Source: Zancudomyces culisetae HAW-14-8 (lineage: Eukaryota; Fungi; Kickxellomycota). From it: a stretch of 64,000 nucleotides of DNA. The stretch lies in the NCBI GenBank assembly GCA_052426225.1, contig JBNJNM010000006.1:2852001-2916000 (forward strand). Direction: 5' to 3'. The position numbers were made by a program, and so were the translations under genes. How positions within the stretch are numbered: the first letter of the stretch is position 1; each line of letters starts with the position of its first letter. Below, in pieces: positions 26,200 to 39,812 of the stretch. The notes beneath the pieces were generated by a model. That model did not search any database, had not been told where the DNA came from, and saw only the letters and a list, made by a program, of their open reading frames with translations.

Positions 26200-28934
26200 A
26201 AGATCTCAACGACGGATAGGGCAAACTTAATAACTAACTAGATTTGTATTAATATGGTTATTAAAAGCAAACGATTAAAATAGTATTATAGCATAAGAGA
26301 GAAAATTAAACAACAATTATGTGCAAAAAATACAGATATTATTCAAAAATGAAAAATATAAATTCGTAAAGATACGCTTCATGAAGCGTGTATTTAAAAA
26401 AATTCTTGTAACCAGACATGTGGAATTAAATGCATCGCAAAGTGAAACTTTCTTATATTTTATTTATATAATGCTAACGAATTAAAGATATACTAAATAA
26501 ATTATGATACTGGAAATCGCATTAAGGTCAAATAAATCACTCAAGGACATCTTCAAAGATACGTTTACCTATACACAGTTGTTGATGATATTTAACGAGG
26601 ATCAGTCAATAATATTATTACAGTCGATGAGATTGTGGATAAGCAATTAAAAAAAGCTGAAGACAGAAAAATTATTAGAGTCAATCACGAATGAATAAGT
26701 TCTACATTTGCCATAGCGGATACCATAAAAAATATGACTGCCCCAAATGAAGGCGACTGTCATGATCCATTCATGACATTATTGATATTTTTTAGTATTT
26801 ATTTAATAATAGCAAATGTTAAAATTATTAACGTTATCTCCGCTTTAATTCTTACTCCATAATTAATAATTTATGGAGTAAGAATTAAATTTATTAATAA
26901 TTTGGTTTTACCCCATATTATTAAATGTTAACTGTGGAGTTGACAGTTAATATTATTTAGTTTATGTTATAGTTTAATTATAGTTTTTATAATGTTTTAC
27001 AATTAATTTTGTATATTGTAAAACTATATAAGGACAAGGATTTTATTGCTTTAGGAAACTTTAGCAATAAAATACTTTTCATCTCATAGTATTTTATTAA
27101 ATAAATCATAGCCAAGTAAACATATAGTACTTAGTGTCAAGTCGTGACAGCGACTCAACAGCAGCCGGACTGCTCAACTGTAAAGAATTATCAAATTAAT
27201 CTGCTTGACATTGTAGCTGAAGGATTATTAATCTATGGAAATTATTGCACTTGAAAAGCGGGAGTTAACCAATATCTCAGAAAGAAATTCAAATATGCGA
27301 GTTGGTAAGCCAAGGTTAGATGAAAACGAAACCGAAGTACGTCGAGCTGACAATACCACAACAGCGTCACAAATTCCAAACTGTTATAACAGACATGTAA
27401 CCAAGTCGAAACTTTAAAAACTAAAAACTTTTCTTTAGTTGAAGAATTAGTAAAAATGTACCCTAATATATATTATTGCAGTTACTAGTGGATTTTCCAA
27501 AGCAAACAAAAGAATTACTTACACTACAAATATAGAAGATATTCGAGATGTTAATATAATAAATACACCGGAAAAGAAAGTTACCAACTGTAAGGTACTA
27601 ACCAAAATCTTTAATAGACATTTGTGGTCTGTTATCGATACCGGTGCAGCGTGTTCAGTTATAACTGTTAGTTTGCTGGTAGAATTGGGATTACTGGTCC
27701 AGGAGCAAACCAGTCAAAATGGTAGTGACGGCGGACGGGAAAAAGCATCCCACATTAGGAAAAGTTTACGGAGTCCCGCTCAAAATCTCAACAATAGAAT
27801 TCCCTACTGACCTTGTAGTTATGGACAGAAATGATGACACTCGCATCTTGGGGACTGACTGGATGCTCAGACATCATATAATTCTGAATATAAAGCTCAG
27901 GAGATGCGGATACCTATAGAACAAGCAGAAGTTTCTACAAAAAGTTTAACAACTAGTATCAAGTCACTATACGAAGATGAAGCAGAAAATTGCCTTGTGA
28001 AAAGATCCACCTAACTTAATAGGGGTGACTGAAAATCCAATATTTAACGAGGTACTTGAATAGTTTTAAGACATATTTGTAAACGACATTACCCAGCTAA
28101 CTAGTACTGACGTGGCCGAGCACATGATCGATTTAATTGAAGAGAAGCCAATAAAACAAATGCAGTGTCACATTTCGCATAGGATGCCATTGAATGTTAG
28201 ATTGGAGCTAACAGAAATTTAAAAGTGGGTATTATATCGCCTTGTGTATCAGAATGGTATTCTCTTATTGATATGTTTATAAAAAGAATGATAAGTTGAG
28301 GATATGAGTTGAATATAGAAATATTAATCAAATATCTAGAATAGATACGTACCCCTTACATGTAATTGACAGATTAGAATATAGAATGAAGACATAAACA
28401 AAACCGCATTTTCTATCCCTGGTTGCGGAAGTTACCAATTTAATGTTATGCCATTCGGCCTAACAATTAGTCCCGCTACTTTTCAGCGTACCATGGAATC
28501 TGTTCTAGCCCCAGTTCTCTGGATAACGGCTATAATTTTTGTGGATGATATTTTAATCCATTTTAAATAGTTGCGGAACATTTTAAACATTGGAAGAAGT
28601 ATTTAAACTATTGAAGATTAATAAAATACAATTACACAGTGACAAGTGTAATATAGGATTTGATACATTGGATTAACTGGGCCAAACAGTATTTAGTGAG
28701 GGAATAGGCACCAATAAAAGTAAGCTAGAAGCAATTGAGAAATTAAAGCAGCCAACCAATGTAAAGGAACTTTATCATTTCTGGGTATGATAGGTTATTA
28801 TAAAATTATGTAAAAAACTACTCAGTTATAGCAAGACCACTTACATCACTGCTAAAAAAAGACAGTACATGGAACTGGAGAGACAAGCAAGAAACAGCGG
28901 TTCGTGAGCTAAAAATCAGACTTGTAACAACAGT
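26200..28934 (+). pseudogene. Degenerate gypsy element family J (gag remnant, protease, RT), interrupted by solo LTR F
   Basis: VIDTGAACSVI (27622), LGTDWML, RT remnants (MPFGLT, VDDILI); paralogous to 44700-46685. Confidence 0.75.
26758..27149. repeat. Solo LTR, family F (392 bp)
   Basis: TGTCATG...CGTGACA, TSD GCGAC on both sides; second copy at 62444-62834. Confidence 0.92.
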
Positions 28935-31900
28935 TGTTTGTGGCTCTGTTTAATGGTGTTAGTTTTAATATCATTTATTAAATAAATATATTATTATCTC
29001 TCTGTTTCAGTTAACTCCAATACTAAATTTTTTTGAATATAATAGTATATCTTATCTCCTAATAAAAATAATCATATTATATATAATATTAAATATAAGT
29101 TATGACTTCATAAAAACTCCGAGTCGCCTCGTACAAAAACTTCCATCAATACCTAATGATAATGTTAAACTAACTTTAAAAGAAATAAAAATGTAGATGA
29201 AACAGGGGCAAAGCTGGATTATAAAATTATATCCACTCTCCCCTCCTGAATGTCTCTTGAAGTTAAATCTGATTTTTTCAGTTCGTATTTCAAAATTCTT
29301 ATAGCATGGTATACTTCTACTTTCCCTGCTTCATTTTCCACAGAGTATAAGTAATGTGCTAAAACAGATTTTATTCTCCCGGGACCAGTATATCGAGGTA
29401 ACTATTTGTTGTGTGGTTGCTTTTTTCTAATTCTTCCGTTCAATATAAGTACTAGATCTCCAACATCATAAGTAGTACAATTCTTCGACGGCACTGCAGT
29501 ATTAACCGTCTCCAACCTTTCTCCTCTGACTCCACTCAGTTCATCTACTCGAACTTCGTTCGACGTTAGGAATATTTCCCATCCTATTGTCTTTGGTGGT
29601 ATACCGTATAATAATTCATAATGCGTTTTTCCTGTCGAGCGATTTCGTGAGCTACGGAGCCCCAATAGAATCGCAAGTAAATAATCTTCCCAGGTATTAT
29701 AGATACCATCACAAATTGTTGCAAGCCCGTAACGGATTCTACTATTACTTCGTTCTACAAGTCCCATCCACTCCGGTTGATACGGTACGTTAAAATAAAG
29801 ACTAATGTTATAAGTATCACATAAACGATTAACTTTTTCATTTTAAAAACTCGTAGCAAAATCTATTCGCAACACAGACGGTACTCCAAACATGGATATT
29901 ATATTCTTGATGATATGGCTAGTCATCATTCCTGTCGTATCCGGGGTAGGAAAAGCTACGGGGAGTCAACTTAGCCTCTCGACTCCTACAAAGATATACC
30001 GATTCCCACTTTTCGATATTGGAAAAGGTCCAAGATGATCCAAGTCCGACTGATCGAATATTCCCGAAGTGGCCATCCTTCCATTAATACAAAGTTGGGT
30101 TTCTTCAAACTGTAAGTTTTAAATTGGTGACATGAATATATAAACGCTCTCAGGGTTTTGAACATCTCGGAGAACCAGAATCGTTCGCGTATCCACTCCC
30201 ATATCGGTGCGGCGGATAAGTGTCCTAACTTGACATGCAGCGTCTGAATTATCTTAAGAGCATTTTCCTTTCTTTTTACTACCTCTATAAATCTTCTTTT
30301 AGTTTTCCTATAGAGTAGGTTTTTTAAGATAGTAAAATCATTAATTAAAGACGCGACATATTGTTCAGTATAAATAATTTTAAAAGAAATCAACATATCC
30401 ACTATTGCATTCTTTACGTCATTTGCTAAGTCCGCAATCTTATTCTTTATTAAAACGAACATTGGTCTACTTAAATAGTCGGCTACAATGTTATCCTTTC
30501 ATTATCTATGGTGTAAATAAAATTATATATATTTAACATATTTAACCACTAAGCCACTCTATTCAAAGGTTCCTTTCGAGTTGGAACATATTTTGCTGCT
30601 GAATTAAACGTATATATTATCAATGGTTTTGGAATCAGAAAATGACGAAAATGTTTTATGCTTAATATGATTGCGTAAAATTCTCGCTCGTACGCTGAAT
30701 ATCGGCTTTCTGATTCGGTAAGTCGTCTAGAATTTATGCCACTAGTCTCCTATTCCCGCTGAACTCATTTTCTAGAACGGCACTAACCGCTATCGACGAT
30801 GCATCTGTCAAAAGTATAAACTCCCTTTCTTGGTCCGGTTGCGCGCGTACTGCGTTTGTTGACAAGATATATTTTACTTTCTCTACTGCGGTTGTGCAAT
30901 CTTTCTTCCAGTTGTATCTTTTCCCATGCTTTATCAAATCTTGTACTGGCTTAAGTATTGTAGTGTAATTATCTATAAATTAACGAAAATAGTTAATTAA
31001 GCCTAGAATCAATTGTACCTGTTTGATGTTCTTTGGGTTAGTCTATATATCCAATCTATTTATTATTTCCGCGTATAGTTTGATACCTACAGGAGTAATT
31101 ATGTGCCCTAAATATATATAAGTGCCTGTTCCAAATTTGCACTTTGTTAAATTTAGAGTGACGTTATTTTCACTCAGAGTTCTAATACTAGTTTTAAATG
31201 ACCAAATAGTTCTTCCAAGTTAATTGAAAACATTGAATTATTGTCCAAGTACACTACTAAAAATTGAATCATAAATGGCGATAAAATTCTTTTCATATTC
31301 TTGCTAAAATGTGCTAAGGCGTTCGATAAGCCAGAAGGCAATATAAAAAACTCGAATAATTCCCATGGGCTGATAAATGTCGTTATCGGACCTGCATTTT
31401 TGGCGAGCTTACACTGCCAATATCCTGAGTTAAGGTCATGAGTAGAAAATACTTTACCTCTCGTAAGCGAATTTAAGCATTCGTCGATACGAGCAATTGG
31501 AAAACGGTCTTTTACAGTTATCTCGTTAACCCTTCGATAGTCGACGCAGAATCTTGCCGTTCCGTCTGTCTTTTTTGCTAACACAATTGCCGATACCCAG
31601 TTTGAAAACGAATCTTTTATTACACCCATTTCTTTCATTTCCGGTATTTGTCTGCCTAGTTCGTTTCGTTTGTACTCCAAATATCATCGTAATCTCGTTG
31701 CTACTGGCCCTTTCCTTTGTTCTATTTTGATGTCAATCTCTGCGTTTGATATTGTGGTTTTTCCTACTTTATTTTCAATAATGTCTGTAAATGAATTTAC
31801 AACTTCTAAAATCTCTGGGGCAATATCTGGTGAAGATCGAATCGCTGCTCCTTGGTTTTGTTAAGTTCGCCTGGAAACCCTGATTCAGTTAAATCTGCAC

Positions 31901-34147
31901 TCATTAATGAATAAACATAGGTTTATTCACTATCTCGTGTTCCGCCTCGGATGCAGAAGTTTCACAAGTATCTTCGATATCACTTTGGACATCTGAATAC
32001 TCCTCATCGGACATTCCTATATGGTTTAAGTCCTCTTGGCTCATAAGTTGAAAACGGTATCTATCCCTGTCGATTATGATGTCGATAGTATTGTCTTTGT
32101 AGTTCAATGTAGCTCTGAGATCCTTGCTAGTGTTTAGACCCTGAATCGCAGGCACGGCGCACTCTTGTGTTATTAAGAATCTGACTTTGACTTTGACGTC
32201 GTCGTCCAAATTTATTCTGGCATTTGCGGTCACTGTGACTTCTAAGCTAGTTCCACCTACTTGTGTTAGTAAAATTGGGTTTTCTAATTTTTTTTTCTTT
32301 AATCTTAACTCTTATACCAGTGATGTTCTCATGAGTGAATTTATTGCTTATGAATATACAAATAGTGGTACATTCCTGTTTACTATCCTAGTCCATAAAT
32401 AGCAAGGGTCTGTATTAGTTCTTTCACTAGTTGTTGTATCTACTAACATAGCTTTCTTCTTTGTTCTCTTCCGAATATATTGTCGTATAGCGAGCATACG
32501 ATGGAAGATCCTAGGTGATTTTATAGTAAATATTTATTTTTATTCTATATGTTTTGATTTCTTAACCAACTAAATATTATTATCGATCTACAAATAGTTT
32601 TTTATACATATATTTTTGAATATATATTATTTCTATGTTGTAGAAACAAACATTAAAGTTTATTAGATTTATTATATAAGTAAAGCATTTACCGACTCTA
32701 ATGAAAAAGGTGTGCAATAAATAAAGATTATTATATAAATTCAATATTAGAAATTTTGTGCCCTTCCATCATTATATTTCTAGCAAGTAAAAGAAAGATA
32801 AAATACTAAAGTAAATGATAATATAATATATTTACAACCAAGCAAGGATAATATCACTGCATTCGATTAAAAGTCGATATTATATAACAGTATTATCTGA
32901 AAGAGTTATAAACGGGCCTCTTCTCTTTCGGATGTGAGTCAAAATACTCACGCCATGATACAGGAACTGGTGTACCTAACAATTTGTTAAATAAAATGCA
33001 CTCTTTTGCCGGCTTCTTCTTTACCTTAATCTTGGTCTTATTCTTTACCTTTAACTTCAAAGAACGCACTGGTTTGATAGTTCTGTCTATTAGATTTTCT
33101 GATGGTTAGACTGTGGTGACTTGTGTGGATAATCCTCGGAGTTAAGGTAGTGTGGTTCTAATGTGTGGGCGGTAGCGGCAGCGGATATCGCTAGCATTGA
33201 GTTTTCCTTATGAACGGGTAGTCAATTATCCGTGTGCTTTTTGACGTCCTCTGAGTTATTTTTTACCGATGCTGGTTGAGTACTGGGTTGACTTGTGCAA
33301 AATCTCGCCTTGTGTCCAGTTTTGCTTCAATTGAAACACGTAATCTTGGGTCTTTCCTACTTACTTTGAATTAGTAAGGTTTTCACCGTCTCAGTTAAAT
33401 CCTCTAATTTTTGTTGTAATAATTCAGTTTCTGGAACTTCTGACTTACTTTCAAACTGGCTTTCCTAGTACTTAGTGTTTCTTCGGCACCTTGATTTTTC
33501 CGATCTGTCTCACCTTACTCAGGTTGATTACTTTATCCACTAGCTCCTTCAGCTTTATACTATCCAAATTTTTGGCTATTTTCCACAGAATAGCCTTATC
33601 TCAAGCAGCTAAACAATTTATGAATATTTTTCTCACCTGCATTTCTGTATTCATTTCTTCAGGGATGGTATCTGCATATCTCATAAACCGTCAAGTGAAC
33701 TCGCCAATGTCTTCTGAGATCTCTTTCTACATACTTGCCAGTCCTTCTATGCTGCCAGCTGGGGTTTTTTGTTACTCTTGACTTCTTTAATAAGAAGCGT
33801 TAACCATTCCGTTAGTTTCCTTTCTCTTGCCATTACTTCTTCCATTTCATATAACATCCAGTCATTAGCTCTTCCTTGTAACCATATCCCTAAAAGCTGA
33901 ATAGCTTTCTTCTCATATACTCCCATAATATCTATATCCATCGAAAACCTTCTTGTCCATTGTTCAATGCCGGTACTTTCCTCACCTTCCCATTTAGGTG
34001 GTAGCAATGTGGGTTCGATCTTGTCCGTCATTTTAACTTCTTTTATTGGGGTTTTAGAACAAGAATTTTTTTAACTGTATATCTGTTTGGATTTATCCAC
34101 TTTCCCCTTGGTGCTGATAACGCCAACGTTGTTTGTGGATCTGATTA
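28935..34147 (-). mobile_element. Degenerate Ty3/gypsy element family G (gag 34031, PR ~32400, RT 31680, RH 30937, IN 30462-29400)
   Basis: LTR end TGTTTGTGG at 28935 and 34130 (5' LTR truncated by family H at 34148); PPT complement CCACTCTCCCCTCC at ~29233; gypsy domain order. Confidence 0.85.
34109..34129 (-). promoter_or_regulatory. Primer-binding site of element G (tRNA-complementary; resembles the anticodon arm of tRNA-Ile)
   Basis: Plus strand reads TGGTGCTGATAACGCCAACGT and abuts the LTR edge at 34130. Confidence 0.6.
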
Positions 34148-34500
34148 TGTTATATATACACATGTATCATAACAATATTGTATATTTAATACAATATTTA
34201 TTAATTAATATTATAAAATTATAAGTTATAATATTTAATTATTATATATTTATTAGTTAAATTCATTAATATTGATACACATGATCAATATTTAATGTAT
34301 AATCATTAAATTGTGTATAATAATGATATTTGTGTATTTGTTTAATATTATGTTATATTAATAATTTTAGTTTATAATAAAGTTTATAAAGAACTAATTG
34401 TATAATAAGAGATACTAACCCTTTTCATGAATAATTAAGTTTGTCATTCTCGTTTTAAATAATAAGATATATTAACTTATATTATATTATTACTGTGTGT
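34148..34500. repeat. LTR-like repeat family H
   Basis: Similar to 10733-11090. Confidence 0.65.
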
Positions 34501-36121
34501 TTTGTCGGACTTGACCGGGTAGGTCACGTTCTTTGGTCGGGTTTCTGATAGTCAGAAACTCCTGCTTAACTATCTCCCCTAGCTCATGGAAGGGATCCTG
34601 TGACTGTTCCGGTTCTATATCCATATTGGATACTTCTGAACGGTCACTGTCGAAAGAATAGCGTCCCTCATCCTAAATGTTATAAACAATGAGCTGCTTA
34701 TAACTTGGCTTAGAGAATTGTTATGCTTGATTAATGTTTATTTAGGGAGAAGTAAGTATTTAGAAAAATTAATATTTGATGTGTTGATAAATATATATTT
34801 TTCTCTGATGTATCCCAACGGAATTTCGAAGGGTTTATATAATTTTTCATCAGAGAATTTTACTGTGAAGAAAAACTTAAAGTCAATAAATCTTAGCTAT
34901 AAAATTTGACTATGTAAAATTGAACTAGTTTAAGGTATCTACTTATCGTGAAACTTGTAATTTTCATTTGTTGATTTTAACATAGATATGGTTTATCAAT
35001 TTTATCATTGATTTAGTATATCAATTTTAACAATGATTTTGTTCATTGATATTAGCATAGTTTTTGATTATCGATTTTAGCGTTGATTTTGTTTATCGAT
35101 TTTATCATGGTTTTTGTTTATCGATTTTATCATGGTTTTTGTTTATCGATTTTAACATTGATTATATTTATCAATTTTGGCATTGATTTTATATATCAAT
35201 TTTATCATGGATTTGGTTTATCAATTTTATCATGGATTTGGTTTATCAATTTTATCATGAATTTTATTTATCAATTTTATCATGGATTTTGTATATCCAA
35301 TTTTTTAATGGATTTGGTTTATCCAATTTTTTCAAGGATTTTTGTTAAATTTAATTATTGGAAAATTTCTTGATTTTGCTTAGTAAATTTTCCCAATAAT
35401 AAAATCAGAAAATTCATGGTGAAGTTGCAAACATGATTCCAATGTCGGAATGGCATATTAGAAAACCGGAAATGAAATAATAAAATAGGTTAGATTTTTA
35501 GTAGGCCAAAATGTAACTAAAAATTATGTTACAGGAATCGGCCATTCCTAACACTTGAACTGTTGGATGATGGCTGAACGGAGTTGCTGCATCAGACCTG
35601 ACAATGAGATTTTAGTAATGTTTTAATTATATGTTCTTTTACTTATTTAGCCGTAGCACTATTAAACTTTATAAATAAACAGCCTTGTTTAAACGAGTAC
35701 TTTGTTGTTCAACTGTTTTCTTTATTTCCTTATTTTTTTTACTTGTTTCTTAAAACTACTAAAAGAGCTGAGGAATCCTCATTGAGTCTTCCTTCGCTTA
35801 TATATATATACTATTTAGTTTAACCTAATAAAAGCTAATTCAAATAACCTATGTTTCTACGTAATATACTGAGTAGTATCGGATGGTTTCGTTTATCATC
35901 GTTTTCGTATTCTTATTGTTCATTTATTTGAATGTTGATTTCCTATAATCTTTTTTAATTGTATTAATTGTTTTATAATTTTTCTTTGATTATTAATTTT
36001 TTTTCAATTGACTAAATAGTATTGTTGTATTATTGTTCAACTTTAATTTACTTTAGTTGATTATTATGTGGTAAATAAAATGTTATATATAATATTTCGA
36101 GTGAGGTAAAAATATGCGACA
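34500..36121 (-). mobile_element. Copy of the 9758-10510 element, split by an ~875 bp LTR-like insertion (34678-35552, family I)
   Basis: 34500-34677 and 35553-36121 are colinear reverse complements of 9758-10505; the insert has TGTTA...TAACA ends. Confidence 0.65.
34985..35345. repeat. ~21 bp minisatellite (consensus ~TTTATCAATTTTATCATGGAT) inside the family I LTR
   Basis: About 15 or more imperfect tandem units; reverse-complement units also at ~38650-38727. Confidence 0.85.
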
Positions 36122-36224
36122 GTTTAATTAGTATAATTATTATTAACTTTTATAAATTAACTGTTTGTTAATTAGTTAATACCATCATTATTGTGTATAA
36201 TATTATTATCTTACAATATCTAGC

Positions 36225-38629
36225 AATGCCGTTCAGATTGTGGAATGCACCGAGCACTTTCCAGTGACTGATGAACAATATTTTAAGAGAATACTTGGAT
36301 GAATTTGTGTTGGTATATTTAGACGACATATTGATTTATTCAAGACAATGGAAGAACATGAATTACATCTAAAAGTAGTACTAAATAACTATCTGAACAC
36401 AAGTTGATTTTAAATCTAGAAAAATGTAGTTTTGGAGTAAAAAGAATTATAATTTTAGGTCATCTAATTAATAACGGAAGTATTAGTCCATGCAAAGATA
36501 AAGCCAAAGAAATAATAAAATTAGAAAAACCGATTAATATTCGACAACTATTGGGATACTTAGGACTAAGCAATTATTACAGGAAATTTATTGCAGGATT
36601 CGCAAACATGGCGAAACCTCTGTACAATCTAAGTCATGGTTATAAAAACATTAATGAAAAGGTTACCTGGACAGTGGAAGGAACAAAATCATATAGTCAA
36701 ATAAAGGAAGCAATAACTAATGCAGACAGATTGTATCCACCTGAAGGGATAAAAAGTTCGTTATCGAAACGGATGCCAGTGGAGTAGCAATAGGAGCGGT
36801 TATGTTACAAGATCAGGAAGTAGGTCGAGTCCCCATCGCATTCGAATCTAGAGTGTTAAATAAAGCGGAACTAAATTATTCTGTAAATGAAATAGAAATG
36901 TTAGCAATTATTCATGCATTTAAAACATGGAAACATTACCTTATTAACGGAGTAACAGTACATACCGACCATAAGACGCTGACATCGATTATTAAAAAAA
37001 ATGAACCAACAGGAAAGATCGCTAGGTGGCTAAAAGAATGGCAATATCTAAACCGGAGATCAAACATATCAAAGGAAAGGAAAATATGGGAGCGGATGCG
37101 TTATCAAGAAAAAAGTTTATTAACAGTATGGAAACAATGGAATGGCCTGAACTAGTTATAGATTGTATAAAGGATGGCTATAACGATAAACCAATGAATA
37201 TTAGACACCAATTCGATAAAGAAAGAAGCAAATTTGAATACATTAAAAACATTTTATATAGGAAGGTAAATAACAATATTTACCGTATATACATCTAAAT
37301 CAAAGAGAAGATATAATAAATGCTTACCATGTAAGTGCAGCACACCTAGGAATAAACAACGTGTACAACCTGATGAAGCTCCGTTGCTGGTGGCCGAATA
37401 TGCGACAAACGATAACAGCGGAATTGGCAAAGTGCGAGGCTTGCCAATTCTCAGCTAAAGGCAAAGGAACATCAGCACCACTACACCCATTGAAACCAGC
37501 AGACGAAGCTTTTTCCAGATGGGGGATAGATTTTATCGGCCTCCTACCGAAAACAAAGAGAGGAAACAAGTGGATTCTAGTCGCGGTAGACTACCTAACA
37601 GGGTGGGTCATAACACAAGCTACGATCGATGCAACCACAGAGACAACTGCTAAATTTATATATGAAAGTATTATGTTAACGTTTGGTTGCCCAAAAGAAA
37701 TTATAAGTGATAGAGGTAAACAGTTTACAGCAGAAACATTAAGAACATATTTAAGAATACTAGAAGTAATTCACAAACTCACTAGCGCTTACCATCCACA
37801 AATGAATAAAAAAACCGAGCGAGTGAATGGAATCATCTCGACAGCAATAGCAAAAATGGTTAACAATACAAAAACTAATTGGGATATATTCCTACCTCAA
37901 GCCACATGGGCCGCACGTATTGCATAAATCGATCGACCGGTATATCTCCATATTACTTAGTTTTCGGACAAATACCAAAATTTCCAGGAGATACAAAACC
38001 ACCGTTGATAAAGTCAAAAAATAATTTGAATAAGGCTTGGGATAAGGTAATTAACTGAATTCGCGAACAAAATAAAGTCAGGAAAAATGCCATAAAAAAC
38101 CAAAAAAATTTTGCTGATAAAATGAAAAATTTTTGCGATAAGAAAATAAATTTTCAACCATTGGAAATCAACGATTGGGTACTAGTAAAAAAATTTAACA
38201 GGAAAAAATTGGAACCTTAGATTGCTGGCTCTTTCAAATTATTGAAAAAACACCATTTAACACATTTAAACTGCGCTCATCTTAATGGTGAAATATTCGA
38301 ATATTTAGTACATCACGACAGATTAAAACGAGCGAATATAAGAAACGAAAAAACAATAATGAGACCATGGAACAAATTTAGAAACAGAGTAGAGGACCTC
38401 TGAATTGAGGAAGGAGATGATATCGTGATCAACCGTTCACATTCAGAAACATGAAACACGGAGAGGAGCATAATTAGCTCAATACATATTTAAATATAAT
38501 TAAGTGCTTAAAGACGCACAGGATGAATAGGGAGTTCAGTAAAGTAGTTAGATAAGGTTAGTTAGGTAATCATATAGTCATATGGTTAAGTTAGTAAAGA
38601 TACATTTTAAAGTTACTGATTTCATGACA
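36225..38629 (+). mobile_element. Degenerate gypsy family K, 3' half (RT-RH-IN, PPT, 3' LTR ~38421-38629)
   Basis: VYLDDILI, TDHKTL, WGIDFIG, ISDRGKQF; PPT GAGGAAGGAGATGA; LTR ends CATGACA. Confidence 0.8.
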
Positions 38630-38869
38630 ATAATATCTATGCAAAAATAATAAATAAAATCAATATTAATTGATATACAAAATCAATGTTAAAATTGATA
38701 TACTAAATCAATGTTAAAATCGATAAATATAAGGAACTAACCAATAGGAATCATAATCCATTTAATTAGTTAGTATATAAACCTTTACCAAAGCTTACTA
38801 GTAAACTTTAAGTCTTTTAATCTCGTTTATTTAGTATCTATACTATTACAATAAAGACAATCATAACAT

Positions 38870-38881
38870 ATTAAAAGACTT
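38870..38881 (+). promoter_or_regulatory. Self-priming PBS of element C
   Basis: ATTAAAAGACTT is complementary to LTR AAGTCTTTTAAT (38810-38821), which lies ~30 nt downstream of TATATAAA. Confidence 0.85.
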
Positions 38882-38972
38882 CTAAAGGTTCCAGTAATTC
38901 TCCTAGTTAAACCTACACTTGTCATACCTTAGCAAACCCTAGTACAACCCTGTCACAATCATAGCAAGAACC

Positions 38973-39812
38973 ATGTCAGAGAAAAAATCCGCAGAAAAAA
39001 AAGCTGCAGAAACGAATCCGTTTCGCATGGCAGAACTAAAAAGCCCAGAACTAGAAAAATTCGATGGATCAGCAGCTAATTATGACATATTCATGTCACG
39101 CCTGAGATTCCACTACTGGTCGTATCCAGAACACTTTGAACTAGATAAGCAAAAAATCAGATTCATAGGAAGTCACTTAACCGGAGCAGCATCACTATGG
39201 TTTTTGAATCTGGTGGATTCAAAACCAACATTACTAGAAGATTATGACATTTTTTTGGCTGCATTCAAGAGCAGATTTTCAGACCCCACAGCCCAAGCCA
39301 CCGCCATTAACAAAATGACTAATCTGAAGCAAGGTAAACGCCCATTGGCTGAGCACGCAGCAGACTTCATTACATATGCCAACCTATCAGGATTCAATGA
39401 CGTTGCAAAAATTCACACTTTTGTAAACAGCCTGAATAAGGATATTTTGTTGTATCTCTTCGCTACAGAACTGCCTAACACCTTGGACGAAGTCATAAAC
39501 GTAGCCGCCAGAGTAGAAAACAGAGTCAAAGCCAGAAACCAGTGCCTCCAGTTGGCAGCAGAAGAGCCACTCAGTCTTAACCCGTTTAGACCAATCCCAA
39601 GCAGCCTACCACCAACGGAGCCAATGGATGTGGATGCCACTACCCTCCGCCCCCGCTACCCCCGCAGACCCCGCGAACACCGGGAACCCCTCACCCCAGA
39701 AGAACTCCAGCGCAGAAGAGACCTAAACCTGTGTCTTTACTGTGGAAAACCGGGCCATTTTGTAGCAGATTGCCGAGCCAAAAAGGCTTTAAAAGGCCGC
39801 ACCCAACAGTAG
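38973..39812 (+). CDS. gag: Gag of element C
   Basis: EPMDVD, CLYCGKPGHFVADC. Confidence 0.92.
   Translation: MSEKKSAEKKAAETNPFRMAELKSPELEKFDGSAANYDIFMSRLRFHYWSYPEHFELDKQKIRFIGSHLTGAASLWFLNLVDSKPTLLEDYDIFLAAFKSRFSDPTAQATAINKMTNLKQGKRPLAEHAADFITYANLSGFNDVAKIHTFVNSLNKDILLYLFATELPNTLDEVINVAARVENRVKARNQCLQLAAEEPLSLNPFRPIPSSLPPTEPMDVDATTLRPRYPRRPREHREPLTPEELQRRRDLNLCLYCGKPGHFVADCRAKKALKGRTQQ

Noticed and set aside
34985-35373. CRISPR array or 96 aa membrane protein
   Set aside because: Tandem units lack unique spacers; the ORF is a translation of the minisatellite.
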